Part shown: positions 38,057-52,055 of the stretch, in pieces | Numbering within the stretch: position 1 is the first letter of the stretch | Layout: every line of letters starts with the position of its first letter | Assembly (NCBI RefSeq): GCF_006345805.1 | Contig: NW_021833891.1 | Span: forward strand, 1 to 64,000 | DNA from: Octopus sinensis | Lineage: Eukaryota | Direction: 5' to 3' | DNA: 64,000 bases | Notes under the pieces: model-generated | What the model saw: the letters and a program-made list of their open reading frames with translations, nothing else | The model's database searches: none | Told to the model about the DNA's origin: nothing | Position numbers and translations under genes: made by a program

Positions 38057-38705
38057 TGCTAGCAAAAACCTTCGACCATAAGTCTGTTGGATCAGAAATG
38101 ACCAAGGGTTAAACAACAAGAGCACAAAAACAACAACAAAGAAGGACACACTGGATGATGTAATCCTAGACACACTATGTCTGAAGTAAAAGACAGAAAG
38201 GTCACAGCTACAACATCATTCATTACAAGTTTGGTAGATCAAGGCTGACCCAGGTTTAAGCCACCGCATACGTCCATCCGGCTGAGAATACCGAACTCAC
38301 TTCTACCATCCACTATCTACTGTTTAATTAAGACCCAAACGTCTTTAATAATTAAGTAGAATGTTAACAACTTTAATAGTTTGCTTTAATGGTCTATTTT
38401 AATGGCCTGTTTTAATGGTATATTTTAATGGTCTACTTGGTAAATATAAACAGATGGTTGCAATCAAAGCCCAAACAATCATAACTGAACTGGCTGCTCT
38501 ATAAAAACACAATAAAAGTAGAGAGTGGGTAAATATGTGTCCGAGAGATACACTGTGTGTGTGTGTATGTGTGCGCGCGAGCGCGTTTGAATATGTTTGA
38601 TGCAGGGGTAGGGATAGATGTTCTCTATTCTCGTAAATACGAAATAAGTATTCAGCCTGTTTCCTTTTAAATAAACATGCCAAAAGTCTATTTTTGTAGC
38701 CTAAT

Positions 38706-39151
38706 ATATGTATGTATGTATGTATGTATGTGTATGTATGTATGTATGTATGTATGTATGTATGTATGTACATATATGTACATATATGTATGTATGTATG
38801 TACACACACACATATATATATATATGTGTGTGTGTATATGTGTATATATATGTGTATATGTGTGTATATGTTTATATATGTATATGTATGTGTGTATATA
38901 TTTATATATATATATGTGTGTATATGTATATGTATATAGGTATATATATGTATGTTTGTATATATATATATATGTGTATATATATACATATATGTATATA
39001 TATGTATATATGTATGTGTATACATATATATGTATGTATATGTATATACATATGTATATATATATGTATATGTATGCATATGTGTATATATATATGTATA
39101 TATATGTGTATGTATAGATATATAAATATATGTGTATATATATATGTATAG

Positions 39152-39190
<39 letters not shown>

Positions 39191-39278
39191 AATATATATA
39201 TATATATATATAATATATATATAATATATATATATATATTTATATATATAATATATATGTATATAAATATATATATGT

Positions 39279-39355
<77 letters not shown>

Positions 39356-39483
39356 TTATATTATATATAAATGTATAATACAAATAAGAAAATGGAGGAA
39401 CAGATTCATTTCAATCATCGACTTACAGATATTACCAATTCATATTATTCATTAACTACATAAATAGGAACATCCAAATTCAA

Positions 39484-39560
<77 letters not shown>
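38706..39560. repeat. (TATG)n/(TA)n microsatellite block
   Basis: Directly visible. Confidence 0.95.
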
Positions 39561-39563
<3 letters not shown>

Positions 39564-39770
39564 GCTTTTATACTCAATAATAATAAAAAAATTTTTCCAT
39601 TAATCTGAAGGATTATTCTCTACTTTTGCACAGTACAAGTTTATTCTAAAACAACAATGTTGTTGACAGTGACTTCGGAGTTGAGTCAGTTAATTAGTCC
39701 GACGATGGCTGAACTGGCCGAAGCATCGAAGCCACTGTCAACAATATTCTTTATTGTGCATGCATATGTG

Positions 39771-39823
<53 letters not shown>

Positions 39824-39825
<2 letters not shown>

Positions 39826-40260
39826 CTCTTTTACTCTTTTACTTGTTTCAGCCATCCGGCTGAGGCCATGCTGGGGCACCGCCCTTGTTGCTACCCTCTC
39901 TAAGTCCAGTTTGCCGTGGCTGGCCACTGATCTAAGAGAGAGTTTGTAGCTGCTGCCCTTAGGTTACCTTCGTACCTTGCAGTGGGTTCATCTGGGATCC
40001 CGGAAAGCAGCTTGTCTAGATGTTTTTTGAAAATGTCCACATCCGCATCATGCAGATCTCTTAGTTTTCTTGGCAGTTGTTGACAGCTGAGGGCCCCTGA
40101 ACCCCAGGCTATTACAGTAGCTGCTCCTTACCCTGGATGTGGAAGACGGGACCTTTGGCACCACACAGTGACGTCCTGTACGGGGATTGGAACAGCTCTC
40201 AATTCCAAAATTTGGTGCTAGTCCCTCCAGGATTTTCCATATGTATATCACTGCATATCT
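39824..40260 (-). mobile_element. 3' end of a CR1-group LINE with its tail
   Basis: RYAVIYIWKILEGLAPN...NSLGFRGPQL / LPRKLRDL...DIFKKHLDKLLSGIPDEP...RAAATNSLLDQ, then a short UTR and an AAAAGAGT repeat tail. Confidence 0.85.
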
Positions 40261-40492
40261 CTTCAAATATTTTGATGTCGCATGGTCAGAAGGTTTGAGG
40301 TACGTAGCATTTGATAAATCTATGATAAATCTATTTCAATGGAAAGCTGTGCTGAAGAAGGATGTGAAATATATATGCAATATATATGAAATATATATCA
40401 AAAGTATATATGAACTATATATTCAATAGTTTATAATCCAGAAACATGATGTTCACAGATAACCACCAGACTTCGTTTTCGAAATCTATAAT

Positions 40493-40524
<32 letters not shown>

Positions 40525-40660
40525 ATATATATATAAAATATATATATATATATAATATATATATAAAATATATATATATATATATATATTAAATATATAT
40601 ATTAATATATATATATATATAATATATATATAATATATATATAATATATATATATATATT

Positions 40661-40709
<49 letters not shown>

Positions 40710-40786
40710 TATAATAAATATATATACTATATTATATAGATATGTAACATATATATATATATATTAATAAAATATATATATAATAT

Positions 40787-40834
<48 letters not shown>

Positions 40835-40835
40835 C

Positions 40836-40866
<31 letters not shown>

Positions 40867-40867
40867 T

Positions 40868-40915
<48 letters not shown>

Positions 40916-40944
40916 ATATAACATATATTATATATATTCTATAT

Positions 40945-41007
<63 letters not shown>

Positions 41008-41117
41008 ACTATATATATATATATATATATAGATATATATATATATAACATAATAATATATATATATAATATATATATATATATCTATATATATATATAT
41101 ATTATATATATATATAT

Positions 41118-41161
<44 letters not shown>

Positions 41162-43130
41162 AAAAAGGAACAGGCAACAGGTTGCTTGACCGCATACCGA
41201 AAAAAGTAGAAATAGCAGTCAAAAATGCTTATTTCTAATTTCCACAAATGGGGCTCCAGGCACGACAAACCCTGTAATTCACATATGCAAAACAGAAGGA
41301 ATAGATATTCGAAAACGAAGTCTGGTGGTTATCTGTGAACATCATGTTTCTGGATTATAAACATATTGAATATATATTTCATATATACTTTTGATATATA
41401 TTTCATATATATTTCACATCCTTCTTCAGCACAGCTTTCCATTGAAATAGATTTATCATAGATTTATCAAATGCTACGTACCTCAAACCTTCTGACCATG
41501 CGACATCAAAATATTTGAAGAAAGCGAGCAAAGGCTAAACCTACATAGACGTTTGAATTCATAAAATCTTCCCTCCAAAATTTTGCATGCGCACTACAAA
41601 AATAGTTCCATAGGAGTAGGAACTATTGGGTTGTCGTAAGGGAGTGAAAAATCCAATTAGTAATATAATAATAAGGGTAAATAATTTCTAGAAATAAGCA
41701 TTTTTGACTGCTATTTCTACTTTTTTCGGTATGCGGTCAAGCAACCTGTTGCTTGTCCCTTTTTCTTATATACAATATATATACTGAACTTTACAGAAGT
41801 TCCTGCCGGTAATCGGCTATATTTACATACCGAATTCTACCAGTAAATAATTGTGGTCTTTTTTTAAAAACCATTATAGAAATTATTTACCCTTATTATT
41901 ATATTACTAATTGGATTTTTCACTCCCTTACGACAACCCAATAGTTCCTACTCCTATGGAACTATTTTTGTAGTGCGCATGGCAAAATTTTGGAGGGAAG
42001 ATTTATGAATTCAAACGTCTATGTAGGTTTAGCCTTTGCTCGCTTTCTTCAAATATTTTGATGTCGCATGGTCAGAAGGTTTGAGGTACGTAGCATTTGA
42101 TAAATCTATGTGCTGAAGAAGGATGTGAAATATATATGCAATATATATGAAATATATATCAAAAGTATATATGAAATATATATTCAATATGATTATAATC
42201 CAGAAACATGATGTTCACAGATAACCACCAGACTTCTGTTTTGCATATGTGAATTACAGGATTTGTCGTGCCTGGAGCCCCATTTGTGGAAATTAGAAAT
42301 AAGCATTTTTGACTGCTATTTCTACTTTTTTTCGGTATGCGGTCAAGCAACCTTTTCTTATATACAATATATATACTGAACTTTACAGAAGTTCCTGCCG
42401 GTAATCGGCTATATTTACATACCGAATTCTACCAGTAAATAATTGTGGTCTTTTTTAAAAACCATTATAGAAATTATTTACCCTTATTATTATATTACTA
42501 ATTGGATTTTTTCACTCCCTTACGACAACCAATAGTTCCTACTCCTATGGAACTATTTTTGTAGTGCGCATGGCAAATTTTGGAGGGAAGATTATGATTC
42601 AAACGTCTATGTAGGTTTAGCTTTGCTCGCTTTCTTCAAATATTTTGATGTCGCATGGTCAGAAGTTTTGAGGTACGTAGCATTTGATAAATCTATGATA
42701 AATCTATTTCAATGGAAAGCTGTGCTGAAGAAGGATGTGAAATATATATGAAATATATATCAAAAGTATATATGAAATATATATTCAATATGTTTTAATC
42801 CAGGAAACATGATGTTCACAGATAACCACCAGACTTCGTTTTCGAATATCTATTCCTTCTGTTTTGCATATGTGAATTACAGGGTTTGTCGTGCCTGGAG
42901 CCCCATTTGTGGAAATTAGAAATAAGCATTTTTGACTGCTATTTCTACTTTTTTCGGTATGCGGTCAAGCAACTGTTGCCTGTCCCTTTTTCTTATATAC
43001 AAATATATACTGAACTTTACAGAAATTCCTGCCGGTAATCGGCTATATTTACATACCGAATTCTACCAGTAAATAATTGTGGTCTTTTTTAAAAACCATT
43101 ATAAGAAATTATTTACCCTTATTATTATAT
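40260..43130. mobile_element. Array of a ~600-bp non-coding unit carrying a hammerhead core: partial + copy, (TA)n, inverted copy (41159-41690), then about 2.4 tandem + copies
   Basis: CTGAAGA...GAAACATGATGTTCACAG at 40352-40458 (+), 41333-41429 (-), 42113-42220 (+), 42725-42821 (+). Confidence 0.85.
40488..41158. repeat. (TA)n microsatellite
   Basis: Directly visible. Confidence 0.95.
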
Positions 43131-43141
43131 TATATTATATA

Positions 43142-43197
<56 letters not shown>

Positions 43198-43589
43198 TAT
43201 ATAGGAGTGTGCATATGACTGTATATATATGTGTGTGTGTATGTAATGAAGGTAGTATGTATGTATATATGTATGAATGGACGGATGGATGGATGCATGC
43301 ATGTATGTATGTGTGTCTTTGTGTCTGTAGTTTGTCCCCGCACCACCGTTTGGCATCCGATATTAGTGTGTTTACGTCACCGTAACTTAGTGGTTGGCGC
43401 TAGGAAAGGCATCCAGCCATATCAGAACTGCACCAAACTGGAACTTGGTGCAGCTCCCTCCGGCTTACCAGTTTCAGCCAAACCGTCTAACCCATGCCAA
43501 CATGGAAAGCAGATACTAAATGATGATGGTGTTTCCTTGACAATGATTGAAGACAATTCATAGGAGCTACTCAGTCTAGTTCCAATAAA

Positions 43590-43800
43590 TATTTCTTTAC
43601 TGCCCACAAGGGGCTAAACATAGAGGGGACAAACAAGGACAGACGAAGGGATTGAGTCGATTATATCAACCCCAGTACGAAACTGGTACTTTATTTATCG
43701 ACCTCGAAAGGATGAAAGGCAAAGTTGACCTCGGCGGAATTTGAACTCAGAACGTAACGGCAGACGAAATACCGCTGAGCATTTCGCCCGGCGCGCTAAC
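43590..43800 (-). mobile_element. SINE family C copy
   Basis: Matches family C. Confidence 0.85.
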
Positions 43801-43986
43801 CTCTACATCCAACTTCTACAGAAAAGTGTACTGTACTTTTACAGCCGTCTAATAGCATCTCACAACCCTCGTCTTTCCAAACCTGAACAGCATCCATATA
43901 GTCTTCTGGTGGTGGCACAAATAATTCAACGAAGTTTACTATTTTATGTTCGTCGCATCAGATTCTCATACAAAACTTCTTCCTTC

Positions 43987-44247
43987 ACGCCTTAAAAAGA
44001 AGCATTTACGCCTTAAAAAGAAGCATTTACGCCTTAAAAAGAAGCATTTACGCCTTAAAAAGAAGCCTTTACGCCTTAAAAAGAAGCATTTACGCCTTAA
44101 AAAGAAGCATTTACGCCTTAAAAAGAAGCATTTACGCCTTAAAAAGAAGCCTTTACGCCTTAAAAAGAAGCATTTACGCCTTAAAAAGAAGCATTTACGC
44201 CTTAAAAAGAAGCCTTTACGCCTTAAAAAGAAGCATTTACGCCTTAA
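43987..44247. repeat. 21-bp minisatellite (ACGCCTTAAAAAGAAGC[A/C]TTT), about 12 units
   Basis: Near-perfect tandem array with one variable position. Confidence 0.95.
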
Positions 44248-44345
44248 GAAGTCTGCTGCTACCTCTCAAACTCCATCCCAGTTCTCGTCGTTTACAGCTT
44301 TCTCTTTCTGCTTCAGGAAACCATCTTGACCCTGGCAAACAAATG

Positions 44346-44765
44346 GGATCTTTTCGGTTTGAACGGCAGTTTTTAACATAACTTCTAGGTGACTAAAAGA
44401 TTTTAAACTTCATATTCTGGTAGAATGTGTTTATAAAACATCTTTTTCTCTTGACTTTATTGAGAAAATTCTATAGTTTGTAAGATACTTGTTCTTTTTT
44501 TTCTTCAATTTCTGCAATTTCAACCAATCACTAACGTCTATTGAGGTAAAAAAAAAAACATTCTGTGCCGTATGAATATGTCCCTCGTTTAAGAAACAGA
44601 TTGGGTTTATTTACATTTGTGAAGAAAAAAAGATACCCTTTCCCCACCTCTACCCTAACCCTAAAACAGATTGAAATGCAATAGATCGATACTAGGGTCA
44701 TAATTCTGGGTGACAATTTCATATGACACCGCTAGAAAAAACTGCCGTTCAAACCGAAAAGATCC
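44346..44765. mobile_element. MITE with perfect 29-bp terminal inverted repeats
   Basis: GGATCTTTTCGGTTTGAACGGCAGTTTTT ... AAAAACTGCCGTTCAAACCGAAAAGATCC; internal CCCTAACCCTAA; no TSD recognised. Confidence 0.85.
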
Positions 44766-45075
44766 AGCAACTGAAATAAAGCGTCTACTGCCATGCAAAC
44801 AGCGATAGCAGTTTCAAGGGAGATAACTATAGTTAATCAAACGTACTACAGTAAGGGAAGTAACTGAGTAATGCTAAGCAATAAAGGGAGGTAATTGTAA
44901 CATTTTAATTTTTCTATCTTTATGATGGGAAAGTGTCGGCGAAGTTCTTTGATTCCACTATAATATATTACTGGTATTAAGTGTACCTGTAATCATAATG
45001 TAATCATAGGCGAATAGTTAAGAGGTTCGGATCGAACTGAAGTTTCGATCCCATTTTGCGCCATATCTTATATAA

Positions 45076-45490
45076 GGCGCAGGAGTGGCTGTGTGGTAAG
45101 TAGCTTGCTTACCAACCACATGTTTCCGGGTTCAGTCCCACAGCGTGGTATCTTGGGCAAGTGTCTTCTGCTATAGCCCCGGGCCGACCAACGCCTTGTG
45201 AGTGGATTTGGTAGACGGAAACTGAAAGAAGCCTGTCGTATATATGTATATATATATATATATGCGTGTGTGTGTTTGTGTGTCTGTGTTTGTCCTCCTA
45301 GCATTGCTTGACAACCGATGCTGGTGTGTTTATGTCCCCGTTACTTAGCGGTTCAGCAAAAGAGACCGATATAATAAGTACTGGGCTTACAAAGAATAAG
45401 TCCCACGGCCGATTTGCTCGACTAAAGGCGGTGCTCCAGCATGGCCGCAGTCAAATGACTGAAACAAGTAAAAGAGAGTAAAGAGAGTAA
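45076..45490 (+). mobile_element. SINE family A, full length (an older inverted copy follows at ~45570-45912)
   Basis: Matches family A. Confidence 0.9.
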
Positions 45491-45997
45491 GTATCCTTTA
45501 ATCTAGCCCCTCCTATGGACAGTACTTGCAATTTTAAGGTACAGCTACTATGTTAGATTTTTTTTTTTATCTGCTTCAGTCAATAGACTGTGGCTATGCT
45601 GGAGCACCGACTTGAAGAGTTTTTTTTTTTTTAAATCTGGTACTTATTCTATCGGTTACTTTTTGCCGAACCGCTAGCTTATGGGGACATAAACAAACCA
45701 CCACCGGCTGTCAAGCGGCGGTGAGAGACAAATACACACACACACACACAAACAAGCAGGAATATATTCGCAGGACTTTCAGTTTCCATCTACCAAATCC
45801 ACTCACAGGGCTTTGGTCAGCCCAAGGCTATAGTAGAAAATACTTGCCCAAGGTGCCGTGCAGTGGGATTGAACCCAAAACCATGTGGCTGGGAAGCAAG
45901 CTTCTTACCACAAATATCTAAATCATAAAGCAAAATAGTTCATCATATCATAAGTTATGTAATATCCAATCAATATTCACAGTTGTATATTTATTCT

Positions 45998-46347
45998 GGA
46001 TGGAAGCACTCCGTTGGTTACGACGACGAGAGTTCCGGTTGATCCGATCAATGGAACAGCCTGCTCGTGAAATTAACGTGTAAGTGGCTGAGCACTCCAC
46101 AGACACGTGTACCCTTAACGTAGTTCTCGGGGATATTCAGCGTGACACAGAGTGTGACAAGGCCGGCCCTTTGAAATACAGGAAGTAAGAGTGAGAGAAA
46201 GTTGTGGTGAAAGAGTACAGCAGGGATCACCACCATCCCCTGCCGGAGCCTCGTGGAGCTTTTAGGTGTTTTCGCTCACGGTCTGGGAATCAAAACCGCG
46301 ATCCTATGACCGCGAATCCGCTGCCCTAACCACTGGGCCATTGCGCC
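45998..46347 (-). mobile_element. SINE family B with small deletions
   Basis: 11-bp TSD ATATTTATTCT at 45987-45997 and 46348-46358. Confidence 0.9.
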
Positions 46348-46653
46348 ATATTTATTCTACGGTGTATCTAACTTGGTAAGTTTATTTATTGTGTATGTGT
46401 AGGATTTGAGTTGTTTTGATATGATCCTGTTTCAGCTCATGAGCTGTGGTAAAATTTATATTCCTATTTGCTTACCCCTAGAAAATACTAAAAATGGCTA
46501 ATATTTCCTTCAAACTTTGCTTTTATGATATTAATTCAAATCTCAAAGAACTGCTCTCAACACATCGCTATGATGCTCCCCCAATTAATCTTGCTCATCA
46601 TCAGAGATGCACATATCGTCAGCCACTAAGGGACATGCTCAAGTGGTTATATA

Positions 46654-47025
46654 TAGCAATATGTAATATGGAGTTGATTTTCAGCCCAGCTCTGATCAGT
46701 TTAATGATGAAAGTATTCCAGCCATGGCTATTTCATCTTATGTAGTAATTAAGCTATAACTAAACACATATACAATTAAAGACATTCCAATCTTGCCCAT
46801 CCAATCCTAATGTGTCTTGTCATTTATTCAGACATAAAGTAGCAATATGTAATATGGAGTTGACTTTCAGCCCAGCTCTGATCAGTTTAATGATCAAAGT
46901 ATTCCAGCCATGGCTATTTCATCTGATGTAGTAATTAAGCTCTAACTGAACAGACATACAATCAAAGACATTCCAATCTTGCCCATCCAATCCTAATATG
47001 TCTTGTCATTTTTTCAGGCATAGAG
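46654..47025. repeat. 186-bp tandem duplication
   Basis: TAGCAATATGTAATATGGAGTTGA starts at 46654 and 46840. Confidence 0.9.
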
Positions 47026-47131
47026 TCTCAAGGACTACATTTTCTAATGTGTCCTATCTTTTATTGAGACACAGTGCGTCAAAGATAACATTACCTGTCC
47101 TTTTATTCAGGTATAGTATATCTAGGACTAT

Positions 47132-47517
47132 GGAGGTGCAATGGCCCAGTGGTTAGGGCAGTGGACTCGCGGTCATAGGATCGCGGTTTCGATTCCCAGA
47201 CCGGGCGTTGTGAGTGGTTATTGAGCGAAAACACCTAAAGCTCCACGAGACTCCGGCAGGGGGTGGTGGTGAACCCTGCTGTACTCTTTCACCACAACTT
47301 TCTCTCACTCTTACTTCCTGTTTCTGTTGTACCTGTATTTCAAGGGGCCGGCCTTGTCACTTTCTGTGTCACGCTGAACATCCCTGAGAACTACGTTAAG
47401 GGTACACGTGTCTGTGGAGTGCTCAGCCACTTACACGTTAATTTCATGAGCAGGCTGTTCCGTTGATTCGGATCAACTGGAACCCTCGTCGTCGTAACCG
47501 ACGGAGTGCTTCCATCC
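47132..47517 (+). mobile_element. SINE family B, full length
   Basis: 12-bp TSD ATCTAGGACTAT at 47120-47131 and 47518-47529. Confidence 0.92.
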
Positions 47518-47979
47518 ATCTAGGACTATATCATTTAATGTGTTCTGCATCTTGGACTATGTTATCTAAAGTGCCTTGTCTTTTATCCATACACAGTGTA
47601 TCTAGGACAACATTATGTAATGTGACCTGTCTTTTATTCAGGCATAGTGTATCTAGGACTACATTACCAAATGTGATATATTTTTTGTTAGTTTTTTTCA
47701 GACATGGAGTACTTAAGACGGACTTAACGACAATGTGTGCTTCCTATATATTTTAAACACAGCAGGATACAAGTTAAGGGGGATTTGGTTGGTATTACTA
47801 CCACACCCTGTAGCCACGTAGAAGCTTCCTCGTTAGCAGTAGCATGTAATATAAGAGGTTCACATACATAACAACAACAATAAAGTAATATACAAAACCC
47901 TTTTATTATTATTATTTATCAAATTAATTTCACTTCACCCTTCTTCTTCATATCATAGTATCACATTATATCATATCGG

Positions 47980-47987
47980 ATATACTA

Positions 47988-48020
<33 letters not shown>

Positions 48021-48033
48021 CATTTATATATAC

Positions 48034-48083
<50 letters not shown>

Positions 48084-48146
48084 TTATATATACGTATATA
48101 TATATATTATATAATATATATATATACATTATATATACGATATATA

Positions 48147-48178
<32 letters not shown>

Positions 48179-49705
48179 CATTTATATATACGTAATTATA
48201 TATATATATATACATTTATATATACGTCTATATATATATATATATACATTTATAGATACGTATATATCTATTATATATACATTTTAATACGGTATTATAT
48301 ATATATTATACATTTATATATACGTATATATTATATATATATACATTTATATATACGTATATATATCTATACATTTATATATACGTATATTATATATATA
48401 CATTTATATATACGTATATATAATATAATATCTATATATCTATAACCTTTATATATACATATAGATATATATGATATACATTTATAATACCTATATATAT
48501 CTCTATTATTCATATCTATATATCTATCATACTTTATAATACATATATATTATATAAATATATATATACGTATACATTTATATATGCATACATATATATA
48601 CATTTATATATACACACATAATATATATACATTTATATATACATATATATGCACATATATATACACATTATATATTATATAAATTTATATATGCATATAT
48701 ATTATATATACCCACACACACGCACACATATATATATAATATAATATATATATATAATACGTATACATTTATATATACATATATATACATTTATATATAA
48801 CATACATATATATACATTTATATACATATATATATACACACATATATATACATTATATATACATATATATACACATATATATACATATACATTTATATAC
48901 ATATATATACATATATATATATACATTACATTTATATACATATACAATTATATATACATATAATATACATTTAATATACATATATACACACATATATACA
49001 CATATATATATATACATTTATATATACATATATACACATATATATATAATACATATATATCACATATATACACATATATACATTACATTTAATATATACA
49101 TATATATACACACAAATATATATACATTTATATATACATATATATATATACATTTATATATACACACATATATATACATATATATATACACACATATATA
49201 TATACACATTTATATATACATATATATATACACATTTATATATACATATATATATATACACATTTATATATACATATATATATACACATATATATATATA
49301 CATATATACATACATATATATATACACACATATGCATACATATATACACACATATATATACATACATATATACATATATACATATATATATCTATATATA
49401 TATATACATACATATATACATATACATATATATATATATACATATATATATATACTCATATAAATATACACACATATATATATACATTTATATATATATT
49501 TATATACACAAATATATATATATACATATATATACACACACATATATATATACATTTATATACACAAATATATATATATATATACACACATATACATTTT
49601 TATATGCATATACATTTATATATAGATATATACACATTTATATATATATATATAAATGTATATGTATACATACATATATATATACATTTATATATATATA
49701 TATAT
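47980..49705. repeat. ~1.7-kb degenerate TA/TACA satellite-like block
   Basis: Directly visible; recurring ACATTTATATATAC sub-unit. Confidence 0.95.
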
Positions 49706-50124
49706 GTAACTGTAGCTATCATTTATGAATATGACTTGGGAGCATGTTGTGTACTTAACACAACCACAGATGTGTGTATATTTCTAAGAGTTTAGCTGGG
49801 TGTTTACATTACTGCAATTATATAAACAGACTTTGTACCATAGCGAAAAAATAATTCAGAAGAATTGAAGATATATCATATATAGAAGGAAAATATACAA
49901 ATCCCTGTATGAATATGACTATATATATAGATATATATATATATACTTACATACACACACACATATCTTTGTAAGTATGTATATATACATATGTATGTAT
50001 ATGTGCATGTCTATGTGTATACAATTTAATCATTATCATCCTGAATTTCAACTGAATAACAATTAAACTCTGTATTTTATTAAGTTTTTAAGGCTTATAT
50101 ATACAATCCATATACATAAACATA

Positions 50125-50164
<40 letters not shown>

Positions 50165-50256
50165 GATGTCTGTAAAGTCTGTGTGTAATTTAAAGTACTT
50201 TTAGCTTTGTAACTATACAAAGGTATGTTAAATTGCACACAGACCTTATGGACACC

Positions 50257-50290
<34 letters not shown>

Positions 50291-50530
50291 TTTCCTTTTT
50301 ACATTAGGAGAGAAAATCCATGATATAAATATGGTGGCAGCAGTATTGGTGGTGATGTGCGGGTGATGGTATGATTGGTGATGGTGGTGGTGGTGGTGAG
50401 AGATAGAGATTAATATAAGATAAAGCATGAAAGGTGAGAAAAGGACGGGGAGAGAGGAGAGAAAGCGCGTGACAGAGAGAGAGCGCGTGACAGAGAGAGA
50501 GAGAGGAAGCAAGATGGGAGAAAGAGGGCG

Positions 50531-50580
<50 letters not shown>

Positions 50581-50750
50581 GACTACATAATTAGTTCTAT
50601 TCATAAAACATAGAAAACTCTCTTAGACATTTCAGTTTTAGTATTTTATTAAATGTTATTTTAAAAAGTAAGGACTTACTGGTTGCGTGGGAGTTGGGGA
50701 TGAGGGGGTGAGAGATAAGAACGATTTCTGTCTGACAACGCTAAGAAGGA

Positions 50751-51729
50751 TTTAGGCATCATTATGATAACACCTCAAAACTTTTTTTTATTTTTTGGAA
50801 TTTTCAGAAAATTTTTGCAAATTTGTGTTCGACACATGGGAATTCATACAATTATGCAAAAGAAAAGAAATTTTTTTCTGTGCAATTTAAGGATGACCTA
50901 GCTGCTATTTCTAGCGCATCCCACGACCATCTGACGCCTTCCTCGTTTCTTTGTCACTCTGACATGTAGTCATGTTTTCCAATATTTTTCTCCCCATAAA
51001 CACATTTAACCCTTTAGTGTTTAAACTGGCCACAACCGGCCCAAATATTCTACTTGTTTTCTGTTCAAACTGACCGGACCTGGCCTGTCACACCTACCTA
51101 CCTCACAATGTCTTTCTAAAAATAAACCAATCACATCATCAATATCTGGAAGCTATGAGATAACACATGATTAATTCAAGCCAATGTAAATAAATAAGCA
51201 TTACATTTGGCAGGATAATCCAAATGCTAAAGGATTAATGGAATGAGAACATGCCCAAGGGTGAGGTTTAAGTAAAAGAATTCAAATTGCTTGTATTTTA
51301 AACTCTAGTTTAAAAATATAAGATATTTCTAAAGTAGAAATTTTAGGATTTAATGGGGAAAAGGGGTTTGAAAAATAGAACAGGAAAAAAGCAATGTAAT
51401 TCACTTGAAGCATTGTAGTATCGAAGAATGTAAAAAGAGAGAAAATAAACAGCTTCTGACAAAGTGGAAAGTTTAATAAAACCTTTATATTTCAGGCATA
51501 AATATGCAGGGTCTGTTAATCCATTCAAAGATGGATTAATGCATCCTATATAAATGGACTTTTCTTACGCTGTTCTTTTCTTCTGAAGATGAGCCTTTGC
51601 GCCTAGAATTTTTTTTTTTTTTTTTGCATAACCGTATGAATGTCTGTTTGTAGAACACAAATGGTCAAAAATTTTCTGAAAATTCTAAAGAACGAAAAAG
51701 TTATGAGCTGTTATATGGGGGTGCTTAAA
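50751..51729. mobile_element. Old foldback/MITE with ~110-bp diverged terminal inverted repeats
   Basis: GAATTTTCAGAAAATTTTTG..ATTTGTGTTC...TTATGCAAAA on the left has its reverse complement at ~51620-51715. Confidence 0.65.
51010..51234. mobile_element. piggyBac-type MITE
   Basis: TTAA|CCCTTTAG...CTAAAGGA|TTAA; second copy at 58440-58658. Confidence 0.8.
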
Positions 51730-52055
51730 CCAGAATTCCACCAGAATATTAACAAATAAAAATACTGCAGAAAAATGTTTTTTCAACTAATATTCATCTC
51801 ATGACTTTCATAACCTGCACCATTACATTATTAGGTTCACATATCAGGTGTACCCCAGCTCTCATTTAACAGCCCTTCAGGGAGATTAAGGTCACACCAG
51901 ATCACAGCACTCTGAGACCAGAAATAAAGTAAGTCATCTCAGCATAACACAAACTCAAGTTGTGTTGCTATGTCATGGTTAAGGCTTCTCATGACCCCAA
52001 TACAGGTCACATTGAACCATAAAACCGTCATCTGTACTTTAGAAAAGACACTAGA

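Noticed and set aside
44652-44665. CCCTAACCCTAA telomere-like repeat
   Set aside because: Only two units, inside a MITE.
672-47466. Recurrent peptides such as MVVIPAVLFHHNFLSL and RQASFSFRLPNPLTRHWSARG
   Set aside because: Chance open frames inside SINE B and SINE A copies; frames are not conserved between copies.
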